A stretch of 64,000 nucleotides of DNA, from the sequence record CP132319.1. One strand, written 5' to 3'. How positions within the stretch are numbered: position 1 is the stretch's first letter; each line of letters starts with the position of its first letter. Positions 32,586-42,193 of the stretch are shown here, one piece after another. Made by a program: the position numbers and the translations under genes. The notes under the pieces were generated by a model. That model did not search any database and was not told the DNA's origin. It saw nothing but the letters and a program-made list of their open reading frames with translations. The stretch comes from a plasmid.

Positions 32586-33043
32586 ACAGGAGACAATTCG
32601 TCTGCACGGCAATGGCATCTGTAGTCGTTGCCAGCGCTCGCCCAGTAGGGGCGTCACAAACACGAATGACGGTATACAAGGACCCGAGCTGTGGCTGCTG
32701 TGGTGCCTGGGCGACCGCGATGGGCAATGCCGGTTTCCAAGTCGATCTGCGTGAGGTTGATGATCTCGACTCGATTAAAAGGAAGTACCGCGTACCCCAG
32801 ACTGCAGAGGGTTGCCACACAGCTGTCCTCGGGCCGTATTTTATCGAAGGACATGTACCCCTCGATGCCGTTAAAAGGCTGCGGAACGAGGTTCCCGACA
32901 TCCTTGGCATTGCAGTTCCAGCTATGCCGCTCGGCTCCCTTGGGATGGGTGATGATCCCTCAGTTGCCTCCTACGACGTTTTGAGCGTGAGCCGGAGTGG
33001 AGAAACCGCTGTCTACATGAGCGTTCGGCCGAAGAAAGTTTGA
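32582..33043 (+). CDS. copG: CopG (DUF411) periplasmic copper-binding protein
   Basis: Signal peptide; CGCC motif (YKDPSCGCCGAWA); later His/Met motif GHVP...MPLGSLGM; ATGA overlap with the cusA stop. Confidence 0.75.
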   Translation: MNRRQFVCTAMASVVVASARPVGASQTRMTVYKDPSCGCCGAWATAMGNAGFQVDLREVDDLDSIKRKYRVPQTAEGCHTAVLGPYFIEGHVPLDAVKRLRNEVPDILGIAVPAMPLGSLGMGDDPSVASYDVLSVSRSGETAVYMSVRPKKV

Positions 33044-33133
33044 CCTCGTTCATGGTCTCCAAAAGATGCTCGTCCCTTGCCGTGGGCGCTCGGCCCACGG
33101 TACTTCCGGCATAGCTTTTTGTGGGGACTGGGC

Positions 33134-33840
33134 ATGGACAACACCGTTATCGTCGCAATCGCAATCGGTGTCGTCTCCGTCATTTACTCGGCAGCCGGTC
33201 AGGCCGGTGGAACTGCGTTCCTGGCGGTCATGGGACTGGCCGCATTTCCTTCTCTGGAAATGCGGCCGACAGCGCTCTTTCTAAATATTGTCGCGGCAGG
33301 ATACGCCACCTGGCGACTGAATCGGCACGATCTAATCGACTGGCGCTTTCTGGCCAATCTCGCGGTTTCTTCCGTTGTGTTCTCGTTCATCGGTGGACTG
33401 ATCGCGTTTGGGCAGGAGGCCTATTCAATGATTACGGGCTTGCTTCTTGTTGTGGCGGCAGTTCTCATGATCCGCCAACGCGTCGAGACCAGGGACGAAC
33501 AGCGGCATCGATCCCAATGGGCAACTATCGGAGTGGGTGCGGTGACGGGCATTCTATCGGGGGTCTCAGGGATTGGGGGTGGTGTATTCCTCGTACCTCT
33601 TCTCATCACGTTGGGATGGTGCACGCCCAGGAAAGCCGCGATCTTGTCTCCACCATTTATTCTGATCAACTCGGCTTCTGGTCTGGCAGGCGCACTGTCG
33701 ACCGGACAAGTGCTCGGAGCGAATGCCTTTTTTTCGCAGTCGCCGCGCTTGCCGGAGCGGCCATTGGGACTACGGTCGGTCTAAAATTCATGTCTGATGG
33801 CATGACGCGTTACCTACTCGCGGCCATACTGATGGCTTCA
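33134..33840 (+). pseudogene. TauE/SafE-family (DUF81) membrane permease, disrupted by a -1 frameshift in a T7 homopolymer (33729-33735), with a 3' end running on without a proper stop
   Basis: The N-terminal approximately 200 aa are in one frame (ending ...QVLGANAFF); the expected C-terminal helix (FAVAALAGAAIGTTVGLKF...AAILMAS) is in the +1 frame. A T8 run would restore the frame. Confidence 0.55.
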
Positions 33841-34016
33841 TCCCCCATGCCCTCGTTGACGAGATGGCGGAGCGTTTCAACGTCCTGGTCGGTGAGCAGC
33901 TCGGCGAGCGCATCGCGCCGGTCGATCGGCAGGACGGCGGCGATCGTGTCGAGTTCCCCGGCGCGCCGTTCTATCGCCGAAGGTGTCGCCGGCTCACGAG
34001 ACCTCGGCGCGGTCAT
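33810..34016 (-). CDS. Hypothetical small protein (68 aa)
   Basis: ORF translationally coupled (4-nt overlap) to the upstream 95-aa ORF; no known motif. Confidence 0.35.
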   Translation of the reverse strand: MTAPRSREPATPSAIERRAGELDTIAAVLPIDRRDALAELLTDQDVETLRHLVNEGMGDEAISMAASR

Positions 34017-34300
34017 GCCGGTTCCGCCTGTGGCCGCCAGCGCGCAATGATCGCTTCGATCTCGCGGCGGTAATCATAGGGATAAACGACATCCTCTTCG
34101 CGGGCGAGGAACGTAAGAATCGTCGCCATGTCCTCGCCGAGGTGCGGATCGACATTGGCGAGATCGGTGAGATCGAAGCCGCCATGGACCTCGGCATTCC
34201 ACCAGGCCAGCAGACAGGTGGCGACCCGCCGGCCCTGGCCGCTATCCTCATGCGCAACGTTGAGCAGCTTTTCGAGGGCGAACCTAACGCGGTCGTCCAT
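34013..34300 (-). CDS. Hypothetical small protein (95 aa)
   Basis: ORF immediately (12 nt) downstream of vapC on the same strand. Confidence 0.4.
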   Translation of the reverse strand: MDDRVRFALEKLLNVAHEDSGQGRRVATCLLAWWNAEVHGGFDLTDLANVDPHLGEDMATILTFLAREEDVVYPYDYRREIEAIIARWRPQAEPA

Positions 34301-34311
34301 GTTTGCCTCCC

Positions 34312-34713
34312 CTATTGCGACGACGACGGATGCAGTTTCACGTCCGTCCGTCCAAAATCCTGGCCTTTGAACAGCAGCGGGGCCTTGGCAATCGCGGCCA
34401 CCGCATAGGAAAAACAGTCACCCATATTGAGACCGGCCGGATGGCGGCCCCGGCCAAAACGTTCGAACGCATCTTCGGCTGCGCGATAATGCTTCCCGTC
34501 GAAAGCGACGGTCGTGACATTCGGCGTTTCGGAAAGCCGCTCGATCATCCTTGCTGCACTGGCAAATCCCTTGCCGGTCAGGACCATCCGTGTTTCCAGC
34601 AGGGTCGGCCAGCCGATGATGACGTGCTCACGACCGATCAGCGGCCGGAAGACTTCGGCCTCCGGCTCATCGGCGGCGATTGCGATGATGACCGACGTAT
34701 CGACGGCGATCAT
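34312..34713 (-). CDS. vapC: PIN-domain toxin VapC
   Basis: MIAVDTSVIIAI PIN N-terminus; acidic residues D6, E40 and D-x-F at the expected positions; overlaps the antitoxin. Confidence 0.8.
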   Translation of the reverse strand: MIAVDTSVIIAIAADEPEAEVFRPLIGREHVIIGWPTLLETRMVLTGKGFASAARMIERLSETPNVTTVAFDGKHYRAAEDAFERFGRGRHPAGLNMGDCFSYAVAAIAKAPLLFKGQDFGRTDVKLHPSSSQ

Positions 34714-34994
34714 ATGGGCAGGCCGTTCTCGTCGTAGAATTCGTCGTGGTTGGACGTGGTGCCGGGTGCGATATGGCGTCGATCTTCGGCCGCCAGATCC
34801 CAGACGGCGTCCATCGGATAGCGGATCTTGCCGTCACGCAGCGCCTGATCGTACCGTTCCAGCGCCAGCTCGACGAGCCGGTTGATCGGTTGGCCAGTGC
34901 GACGGGACAGGGAATGGGCCAGATCGCGGGCCTTGCTGCTGCGAATGGAAAGCTGCGGTTCGGACATGGCGTGCCTCATCGGGATCGAGGTCAC
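34710..34994 (-). CDS. vapB: VapB-type antitoxin
   Basis: Small protein immediately upstream of, and overlapping, vapC; SpoVT/AbrB or RHH-like N-terminus. Confidence 0.65.
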   Translation of the reverse strand: MTSIPMRHAMSEPQLSIRSSKARDLAHSLSRRTGQPINRLVELALERYDQALRDGKIRYPMDAVWDLAAEDRRHIAPGTTSNHDEFYDENGLPI

Positions 34995-35305
34995 AATATA
35001 GGGAAAAGCGCCCAGGATGGCAAGAATTTGGGGTCAGATGGCTAGTTTCCGATAAGGGTTACTTATCGGGGGTTAGACAACGGGGCACTTTTATGGCAGG
35101 TGTAGAACCCTAGTTGCCGTATAGCTTTCGCGTAGCAAATCGTTTACGATAAAAACAATGGCTTACGATCTCGCGAAATTGCCCATCTCCACCCTGCTGA
35201 AACCCGTTGCCGACGCCAGCTGTGGCTTTTAGCTCCCGATTTCAATTGAAGCGCCAAGCTAAAAAAGCGAGGGCCTGATTTTACCTAAGCTGTTCACGAA
35301 GGCCG

Positions 35306-35809
35306 TCAATTTGTAGGGAGCGATGAGGCACTTGGAGGGAGGTCGGCAGCATTGTCAGCAAGCGGATGCGCTTCGAGATCTGCGATCAGCGACTTCATTT
35401 CACCGATCTCCCGGACCTGAGCTTCGATGATCCCGTCAGCCAGCTTGCGCACCCGCGGATCTCTGATGTGCGCGCGTTCGCTGGTCATGATGGCGATGGA
35501 ATGATGGGGGATCATCGCCTTCATGTAGCTGACATCGTAGACGGTCTCCTGGCTGCGCACGAGCCAAAGGGACCCGGCAAAGACCAAAACGCTGACCGCG
35601 ACAATGACGGCATTGGCAGTCTTGTTCTTATACATTGACCACATGAAGCCGATCATGATGATCGCCATGACCGCGCCCATCAGTAGCGCCATCCACGTCC
35701 TGGTCTGGCTGTAGGTAACGTGATCGAGGGCATACGTATTCAGGTACATTAGACCAAACATGATCACCGTCGAGGTGACGATCATCGTGGCAAAGCGTCC
35801 ATAGGACAT
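35306..35809 (-). CDS. DUF305-family membrane-anchored protein
   Basis: Two N-terminal TM helices; DUF305 signature ...YMKAMIPHHSIAIMTSE (compare MIAHHMGAISMAE at 16912). Confidence 0.7.
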   Translation of the reverse strand: MSYGRFATMIVTSTVIMFGLMYLNTYALDHVTYSQTRTWMALLMGAVMAIIMIGFMWSMYKNKTANAVIVAVSVLVFAGSLWLVRSQETVYDVSYMKAMIPHHSIAIMTSERAHIRDPRVRKLADGIIEAQVREIGEMKSLIADLEAHPLADNAADLPPSASSLPTN

Positions 35810-35824
35810 GGGAATCTCCTTCCT

Positions 35825-36565
35825 CTACTTGATAAGCATCCAGACCGCCATCGCGACCATCATCAGGTTTTCAGTTAATGAGATGAAGCCTAAGGGGACA
35901 TTGCTGTCGCCGCCGACGCAGGCGCATTTCAGTTCACGGCGCTCAATGTAGACGGCCTTCAACACCGAAACGGCACCGATAGTCCCGATCACCAACGCGA
36001 CCGGGATAGCCAGCCACAACAGAAAGCCGGCGATCATCAGGATCCCGGCAAGCGCTTCCCCGAATGGATAGAGGTAGGCATAGCGGACCCAGCGCTGGGC
36101 CAGCAGGTCGTAGCCGAGGAACATGTTGGAGAAGCTCTCGACGTCCCGAAGCTTCAGGATCGCAAGTATACACATGGAAATCGCGATAAACCATTCTAAG
36201 GCACGAGCGGTTAGAACGTCGCTAAACGCCGCCCAACTGGCTGCGAGGGCCATCAGCGCGGCCATGGCAAACACCGCGATCACCGGCTGATAGGTGACAG
36301 CCTTTGGATCGCGAACGGTTTTGCCGAAATGACGAAGCAGATCGTCGTAGCCGCCGACCCGCTGCCCATCGATGAATGTCTGGGGTGTTGTCTCAACCTC
36401 GTGCTCGGCCTTGAAGGAATCGGTCTCTTCGCGGGTTTTCAGCCAGTTGTCGTCAACAGAGAAACCCTCGCGTTTCAGCAGATCGAGGGACTTCAAGCCA
36501 AACGGACAGATGTGGTCGGGCATGACCATCCGATAGATCGTCGCTCTGCGCGAATGAGCATTCAT
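35825..36565 (-). CDS. Glutaredoxin-domain / MauE(DoxX-like) membrane-domain fusion protein (thiol-disulfide oxidoreductase)
   Basis: N-terminal IYRMVMPDHICPFG thioredoxin-fold motif; C-terminal approximately 150 aa with four TM helices and ...CACVGG; overlaps the csoR stop. Confidence 0.65.
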   Translation of the reverse strand: MNAHSRRATIYRMVMPDHICPFGLKSLDLLKREGFSVDDNWLKTREETDSFKAEHEVETTPQTFIDGQRVGGYDDLLRHFGKTVRDPKAVTYQPVIAVFAMAALMALAASWAAFSDVLTARALEWFIAISMCILAILKLRDVESFSNMFLGYDLLAQRWVRYAYLYPFGEALAGILMIAGFLLWLAIPVALVIGTIGAVSVLKAVYIERRELKCACVGGDSNVPLGFISLTENLMMVAMAVWMLIK

Positions 36566-36584
36566 CCGATCACCTCTAATATCT

Positions 36585-36860
36585 CTAGCGCCTTGCGCGA
36601 TCGAACAGCTCGACGAGTTCGTCCAATTTCTGCTGTTGCTCACTCGCATCGCCGGACTTGATTGCATCCGCGACGCAGTGAGCCGCGTGATCACGAAGAA
36701 TCTCGCTCTCAGCTCGGCCGAGGGCTGCTTTCACTGCCTGGATCTGATGCAGGATGTCGATGCAATAGCGATCGTCAGACACCATTCGCGCCAAACCCTG
36801 GACCTGACCGGCAATCCGGTTTAACCGAACGATCTTGGCCCGCTTTCTGTCGCCGCACAT
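36585..36860 (-). CDS. csoR: CsoR/RcnR-family metal-sensing repressor
   Basis: 91 aa; ligand pattern ...YCIDILHQI... and ...HAAHC (Cys-His-Cys spacing typical of Cu(I)-CsoR). Confidence 0.75.
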   Translation of the reverse strand: MCGDRKRAKIVRLNRIAGQVQGLARMVSDDRYCIDILHQIQAVKAALGRAESEILRDHAAHCVADAIKSGDASEQQQKLDELVELFDRARR

Positions 36861-36992
36861 CGTTACCTCTCATACCCTAGGGGAGTATGTTCAACGATCG
36901 CGGTCCGCCATTGTTCCCTTACGACAGCGAAGACTTCGCCCGTACCGGCCCAAAGCGACGCCTAGGTTATGCAGTAAGGGCGAAAAGAGCGT

Positions 36993-38126
36993 TCAAAGCC
37001 CGGAGGCTTTGGTGAGGTTCACGCGGAAGCGATCACGCCGTCGCTGATAGCGTCGCGTCATCTCGGCCGAAGCATGGCCAAGCTGTTTCTGGACATAACG
37101 TTCGTCGACCTCGGCTGAAGAGGCGAGACCGGCGCGGAGGGAGTGACCGGAGAACTTGAAGGCGCGCTCGATCTCGCTGAGATTGCCGCGAACGCCGGCC
37201 GCCAGTGCGGTGCGCTTTACCAGCCGGGCGACCTCCTTGTCGTTCAGCCGCTCCGATCCGACAGCTTTCCCTTGCCCTGTCACGCGGCGAAAAAGGGGAC
37301 CGTGGGCCAGCCTGGCGAACTTGATCCACATCTCGATCGCGGCGACCGGGCAGGTCGCGTCAGACGAGCCGCGACCCACCTCAACCTCCCGCCATCCGGT
37401 TTTTCCGCGCAGGGTAACGAGCATCCCCTTGTCGAGGATTTCGATCCAGCCGCGCCCGTCTTCGGTCTGGTCTGCCTTCAGATCAAGGCCAACGATCTCG
37501 GAGCGGCGAAGACCACCGGCAAAGCCGACCAGCAACATGGCGCGGTCGCGCAGGCCGCGCAGCGAACCGCGGTCGAGCGTCTCGACCATGGCGATGATGT
37601 CTTCAGCCATGACCGCTTCCTTCTGCACCGGTGGCTTGGCATGGCTGTTGCGAATGCCAGCCATCACGGTGGCGATATGCCGGTCCTTGCGATCGAGCGA
37701 GAGGCCGCGCTGGGCATAGTTCCAGGAAAGCGAGGAGAGGCGTCGTTCGATGGTCGAGACGGAGTTCGCTTTCGCGCCCCGTTCAGCCGTGCCGGAAGCG
37801 CAGGCCGTAATATAAAGCCCTACAGTTTGCGGATGTGGGGGGAGGGGAGTGAGATTCGAGCGCCGGCACCAGGCTGAAAAATGCTTCCAATCGGCGGCAT
37901 AGGCTTTGCGCGTGTTGGCGGAACTGGCGGCTTCAACATAACCCCGGGCGCGATCAGCAAGGCTTGCAAGATGGGCGGGCGTCTGGTCCTGAATGGCGAG
38001 AGAGGGGAGGGGGCTATCGCCCGACACCCCCGGCGTGGAAACATCACGCTTCGGCGCCGTGCTGAGAGACGGCGCAGAGATCTCCTCGAAGTGATTTTCG
38101 GTTTTTTGCTCGATCATTTGGGCCAT
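36993..38126 (-). CDS. Tyrosine site-specific recombinase (phage integrase family; plasmid resolvase-like)
   Basis: C-terminal catalytic residues ...HSLRAGLA...LGHASAEMTRRY; 377 aa. Confidence 0.8.
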   Translation of the reverse strand: MAQMIEQKTENHFEEISAPSLSTAPKRDVSTPGVSGDSPLPSLAIQDQTPAHLASLADRARGYVEAASSANTRKAYAADWKHFSAWCRRSNLTPLPPHPQTVGLYITACASGTAERGAKANSVSTIERRLSSLSWNYAQRGLSLDRKDRHIATVMAGIRNSHAKPPVQKEAVMAEDIIAMVETLDRGSLRGLRDRAMLLVGFAGGLRRSEIVGLDLKADQTEDGRGWIEILDKGMLVTLRGKTGWREVEVGRGSSDATCPVAAIEMWIKFARLAHGPLFRRVTGQGKAVGSERLNDKEVARLVKRTALAAGVRGNLSEIERAFKFSGHSLRAGLASSAEVDERYVQKQLGHASAEMTRRYQRRRDRFRVNLTKASGL

Positions 38127-38233
38127 TTCTCTATTATGAGAAAAACATCCGATAATGCAAGATTATCGTTCGTTTTTATCTGTCGACGGGCGCGGCGGTT
38201 TATGCGCCAGATACTGGCTCAAAGCGCCGTCTT

Positions 38234-39202
38234 GTGGTACTGCTCAGCATGGTCTCACGCGCACGAATCATCCCCGATCCCCCGCCCATCTTCCCACTCC
38301 CGCCAGATTGGGCGCGGGCCGCCGGCGAGCGGCAAGGCGCTGGCGATGCGGAGCTTTTCGCCGGCGCGGCGCTCGCGGCTATCCACCCGATCGCCCGCAG
38401 CGAGCATCCGCTGGGACAGCTCTGGCGGCAGCGCCTGGCGCTGTCGGCCGCAGAGGCCGTCGTCCGCTGGCAGGGGCGCACGGAAGACGCCGCGACGCTG
38501 CGCGATCATCTCTATCTGACCCGCCCCGGGGACGATCCGGGGCCGGCTGGCCGGCTGCTGCAGGCCTGGAGGGCGCTGGGCAGAAAATCCTCGCTAGGGC
38601 CGGCATCGCTGAATGGCGAATGGCCGGTGATCTTCGCCGAGTTTTTGTCGGTCATGATCGACGAGCCGGCGCAGGAGGCGATCAACGCCGCACTGACGGC
38701 GAGCGTCGGAACCAGGAACCCGATCGAGGCGGCGAGCACGACGGCCGCGGCCAGCCTACACCTGCGGCCTGATAGCCGGCCGTTGGCACTCTGGCTCGCG
38801 GACGCGGTGCTTGCCCGGCGTCTGAACTGGCCGGTCCCGGTGCCACTCTTCGCGGCGCATCTGAAGGGGGACGACCTGCGCCTCGCCGCCGGTCCGCGTG
38901 CCGATCCGCAGCGGTGGCGGACCGCATGTGCCTTCGCGTATGGGCGAGGAGCAACAGCGGCGTTCGATCTTTACGCCGATCTGGCGCGGCGAACGGCACA
39001 GCTGCTGGCCGTGGCGCCCCAATTGCGCGGCAAGGACGCTGACGTCGTGGTGGCCACGCTGATCAGCGAAGATGCTCAGGCCGCGCGGCCGGTCTGGACG
39101 GCCAGCGACCGCTCCAGCCGTCGGCTGTTCGAGCGGTTGGTGGCGCTCGGCGGTGCGCGCGAGCTGACCGGACGGCCGACGTTCCGGCTTTACGGATTGT
39201 AG
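38234..39202 (+). CDS. DUF1403-family protein (commonly paired with scpB on alphaproteobacterial replicons)
   Basis: Ala/Arg/Leu-rich 322-aa ORF directly preceding scpB with 3-nt spacing; assignment by family resemblance and context. Confidence 0.55.
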   Translation: MVLLSMVSRARIIPDPPPIFPLPPDWARAAGERQGAGDAELFAGAALAAIHPIARSEHPLGQLWRQRLALSAAEAVVRWQGRTEDAATLRDHLYLTRPGDDPGPAGRLLQAWRALGRKSSLGPASLNGEWPVIFAEFLSVMIDEPAQEAINAALTASVGTRNPIEAASTTAAASLHLRPDSRPLALWLADAVLARRLNWPVPVPLFAAHLKGDDLRLAAGPRADPQRWRTACAFAYGRGATAAFDLYADLARRTAQLLAVAPQLRGKDADVVVATLISEDAQAARPVWTASDRSSRRLFERLVALGGARELTGRPTFRLYGL

Positions 39203-39205
39203 CCG

Positions 39206-40033
39206 ATGGGACGGCGGCCACAATCGACCGAGGGGCTGGACACTGAACTGGCGGATCTGCCGCCGGAGTTGCGCTGGCGCGAATGGATGGGCCGGGTCGA
39301 GGCGGTGATTTTCGCGTCGTCCGAGCCGGTGAACCGCGAGACGCTGACGCAGTTGGTCGGGCGCGACTGCAGCATCGACCTGCTGATCGACGACATCCGC
39401 GACGAGCTGCGTGACCGGCCTTATGAGCTCGTCTCCGTGGCCGGCGGCTGGCAGCATCGGACCCGCATCCGGTTTGCTGATGCGATCCGCCGTGTCACCG
39501 GTGTCGAGCAGGAAGGACGCTCATTGTCGCAAACCGATCTGCTGGTGTTAGCAATAGTCGCCTATCACCAGCCGATCACCCGACACGAGATTTCCAAGAT
39601 CATCGGAAAGGAAGTCAGCCGTGATAGAGTTGCTCACATTCGCTCTTTGGGTTTTCTTTCCTCGGGTCCGCGCAGTCCGCAGCCGGGCGCTCCTTACACG
39701 CTGGTCACGACACGGACCTTCCTGTCACGCTTCGGGTTAGGGACTTTGCGCGACCTGCCGAACCTCGAATTGCTCGAAGATGCCGGCCTGCTGAGCAGGG
39801 ACAGGAGGTTCGATGGCGACATGCCGATCGCATCGGACGAACAGGACGAACAAGCCGACTTCGAGGACGACAAGCAGCGAGGACTACCAGGCTTCGGATC
39901 GCTGACCATTCACAGGCTTTGCCCGGATCCGGGAAAGGGGATTCAGGTTGAGAATCTAGATCTACGGGTATTGACCCTGCAGTGGCTACAGGCCGTAGCA
40001 CCCTTTCTTCATGCGAATCAGGGCTCGGACTAA
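39206..40033 (+). CDS. scpB: ScpB-family segregation and condensation protein B
   Basis: Winged-helix tandem ...VEAVIFASSEPV...LSQTDLLVLAIVAYHQPITRHEISKIIG... Confidence 0.75.
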   Translation: MGRRPQSTEGLDTELADLPPELRWREWMGRVEAVIFASSEPVNRETLTQLVGRDCSIDLLIDDIRDELRDRPYELVSVAGGWQHRTRIRFADAIRRVTGVEQEGRSLSQTDLLVLAIVAYHQPITRHEISKIIGKEVSRDRVAHIRSLGFLSSGPRSPQPGAPYTLVTTRTFLSRFGLGTLRDLPNLELLEDAGLLSRDRRFDGDMPIASDEQDEQADFEDDKQRGLPGFGSLTIHRLCPDPGKGIQVENLDLRVLTLQWLQAVAPFLHANQGSD

Positions 40034-40034
40034 A

Positions 40035-41096
40035 ATGATCGAGGCAATACTCCACCGGCTCGGGCCGCTCGTCTTGTTTGTGCTGCTTGTCGCCGGACTT
40101 AACGGCTGTACCACCATGAGCCTCGACGATATCGGCGATCCGTCGCCGAAAATTCCGGTCAAACTCGTCGGAGAGATGGCAAAGAAAGGGATGACGCCGG
40201 AGAGCCCAGTGCTGATACGGATCTTCAAACAAGAAAGCGAGCTCGAGATTTGGAAGCAGGATCGGACCGGTCGCTACGCACTTTTGAAGGTGTATCCGAT
40301 GTGCCGATGGTCAGGAAAACTCGGCCCGAAAACCCGGACCGGCGATCGGCAGGCGCCCGAAGGATTTTATCATGTCTCCACAGGCATGCTGAATCCCAAG
40401 TCGCAATTTTATCTATCGTTCAACCTTGGCTATCCGAACCGCCTCGAGGCGGCACTGAATTACACCGGCGAAGCTCTGATGGTCCACGGCGCTTGTTCTT
40501 CGTCGGGATGCTACGCGATGACCGACCAAGGTGTCGGCGAAATCTACGCCCTCGTGCACAGCGCACTCGCCGGTGGCCAAGACAAGTTTCAGGTGCAGGC
40601 ATATCCGTTTCGCATGACCGTGGAGAATATGGTGGCCAATCGCAGCGATCCGAACTTCGCGTTCTGGAAAAACCTGAAAGAAGGTTACGACGCCTTCGAA
40701 TTTTCCAAGCGGCAGCCAAAAGTCGCGGCGTGCAATCGTCGATATGTTTTCAACGCCGATTTCGACAGGGACCCTACCAACCCCCTTGCTGCCTGTCCCC
40801 CTCTTAAACAGGCTATAGATCCGACCCTTTCCGCCAAAGTTCAACAAGAGGATCAGAAACTGACCGCGCTGCTCGACAAGGATTCTCCTGCGACCGTGAC
40901 CGCCTATGCTGACGGTGGGATGCACTCCAGCTTCCGCGAACTGCTGAAGCAAAACGGCGCCGACAAGCTTGCCCAGAAAATCTCGACCATTAAGTACCCG
41001 ATCAGCCGTCCAGACGCGGCCTTGGCGGACCCTTACCAGGGCGAGCCTTGGAAACCGGCGCTTAGCCGTTCCGAAAAGGACAGAGACGCCGATTGA
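40035..41096 (+). CDS. L,D-transpeptidase (YkuD domain) lipoprotein
   Basis: Lipobox LNGCTT; catalytic motif MVHGACSSSGCYAMTD (H...C). Confidence 0.8.
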   Translation: MIEAILHRLGPLVLFVLLVAGLNGCTTMSLDDIGDPSPKIPVKLVGEMAKKGMTPESPVLIRIFKQESELEIWKQDRTGRYALLKVYPMCRWSGKLGPKTRTGDRQAPEGFYHVSTGMLNPKSQFYLSFNLGYPNRLEAALNYTGEALMVHGACSSSGCYAMTDQGVGEIYALVHSALAGGQDKFQVQAYPFRMTVENMVANRSDPNFAFWKNLKEGYDAFEFSKRQPKVAACNRRYVFNADFDRDPTNPLAACPPLKQAIDPTLSAKVQQEDQKLTALLDKDSPATVTAYADGGMHSSFRELLKQNGADKLAQKISTIKYPISRPDAALADPYQGEPWKPALSRSEKDRDAD

Positions 41097-41342
41097 TGGG
41101 GCAGTTCTTCACCTGAAGTTCAATTTGCGCGAGCATGGAACGCGCTCAACGAGGGAACGATTGTCTTTTATCTCGGCTACGCTGGCTCTTCACGTTTGTG
41201 GCGCGGTTTCGTCTAGGCGTATTTTCTTGCCCAGGTGATATCCATCAGGTCCTCGACCGGGACGGGGAAGTTCTTCAAGGCTGAATGTAAACGCTCCACA
41301 TCGCCAGCATGTTCTTTAGTCACGCTTCGGCAAATTGGCGAT

Positions 41343-41381
41343 TGACCCTGTAGCCGCTACAGGCTGTAGACCTAAGCTCGA
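41343..41381 (+). promoter_or_regulatory. MerR(PbrR/CadR)-type promoter: -35 TTGACC plus dyad CCTGTAGccgCTACAGG, 19-nt spacer
   Basis: Same motif as at 43394 and 46474-46504; 200 nt upstream of lspA. Confidence 0.55.
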
Positions 41382-41586
41382 ACGAATCTGACGAAGGAAG
41401 CCTATCCAAGAGATGCGGCGGGGTCCCATTTCGCGGCATTCAGTCCGTCGAGCAATCTTTGTTTGGCGCCAGCCGAGAAGCGGGACTAACTGCAGCGACG
41501 GCGCGGGGCGACATCGGCGCGCGGTGTGGGCGCCTCGCGCTCGACTTCCACTAACGATCAGGCCCAGCCAATGAGGGGAAATCATA

Positions 41587-42108
41587 TTGCCGACTAGTTC
41601 CGTTAGACATCGAACCGTCTGGATTGCGATCGCTTTTGTCCTCGCGCTTCTTTTCGACATCGCGACAAAGTGGCTGATCGTTAACGTCGTCATGGTCCCG
41701 CCGCGGACGATTAAGCTTGTGAGCTACTTCAACCTGACACTGGGTTTCAATACCGGCGTCAGTTTCGGAATGTTCAGCGATATCTTCTTTGAGCGTCCGT
41801 TATTGCTGGCCACCATAAAGACCGTCATAACCATCGGGCTGATCGTCTGGGCAATGCGAGCGGATCGGACGTTGGAAGCGACTGCGCTCGGTTTGATTGC
41901 CGGTGGGGCGGCCGGAAATATTCTTGATCGCGTGTGGCATGGCGCCGTCACCGACTTTCTCGATTTTCATATCGGGACTTGGCATTGGCCCGCTTTCAAC
42001 ATGGCAGATGTCGCGATCACCATCGGGGCAGCGCTGCTTATCGCAGGCTCGATCTTTTCTTTTGAGCCCGCACGCACACCCGGACCGTCCAGTACCGAGA
42101 AGCGCTGA
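41587..42108 (+). CDS. lspA: Lipoprotein signal peptidase II (PbrC-like)
   Basis: 173 aa; four TM helices; conserved ...FNMADVAITIGAALL... region. Confidence 0.85.
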   Translation: MPTSSVRHRTVWIAIAFVLALLFDIATKWLIVNVVMVPPRTIKLVSYFNLTLGFNTGVSFGMFSDIFFERPLLLATIKTVITIGLIVWAMRADRTLEATALGLIAGGAAGNILDRVWHGAVTDFLDFHIGTWHWPAFNMADVAITIGAALLIAGSIFSFEPARTPGPSSTEKR

Positions 42109-42193
42109 ATGAAGACGTTGTCGGGTTTCAGCCGCACGCGACGCTGGACCAGTGCATCGGCTTTCTATGTGCAGAAATAATGGGAAAACTTGA

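Noticed and set aside
38200-39457. Several minus-strand ORFs (75-233 aa) over the DUF1403/scpB region
   Set aside because: They overlap the co-oriented DUF1403-scpB pair on the other strand and are Arg/Pro/Ala-rich artefacts.
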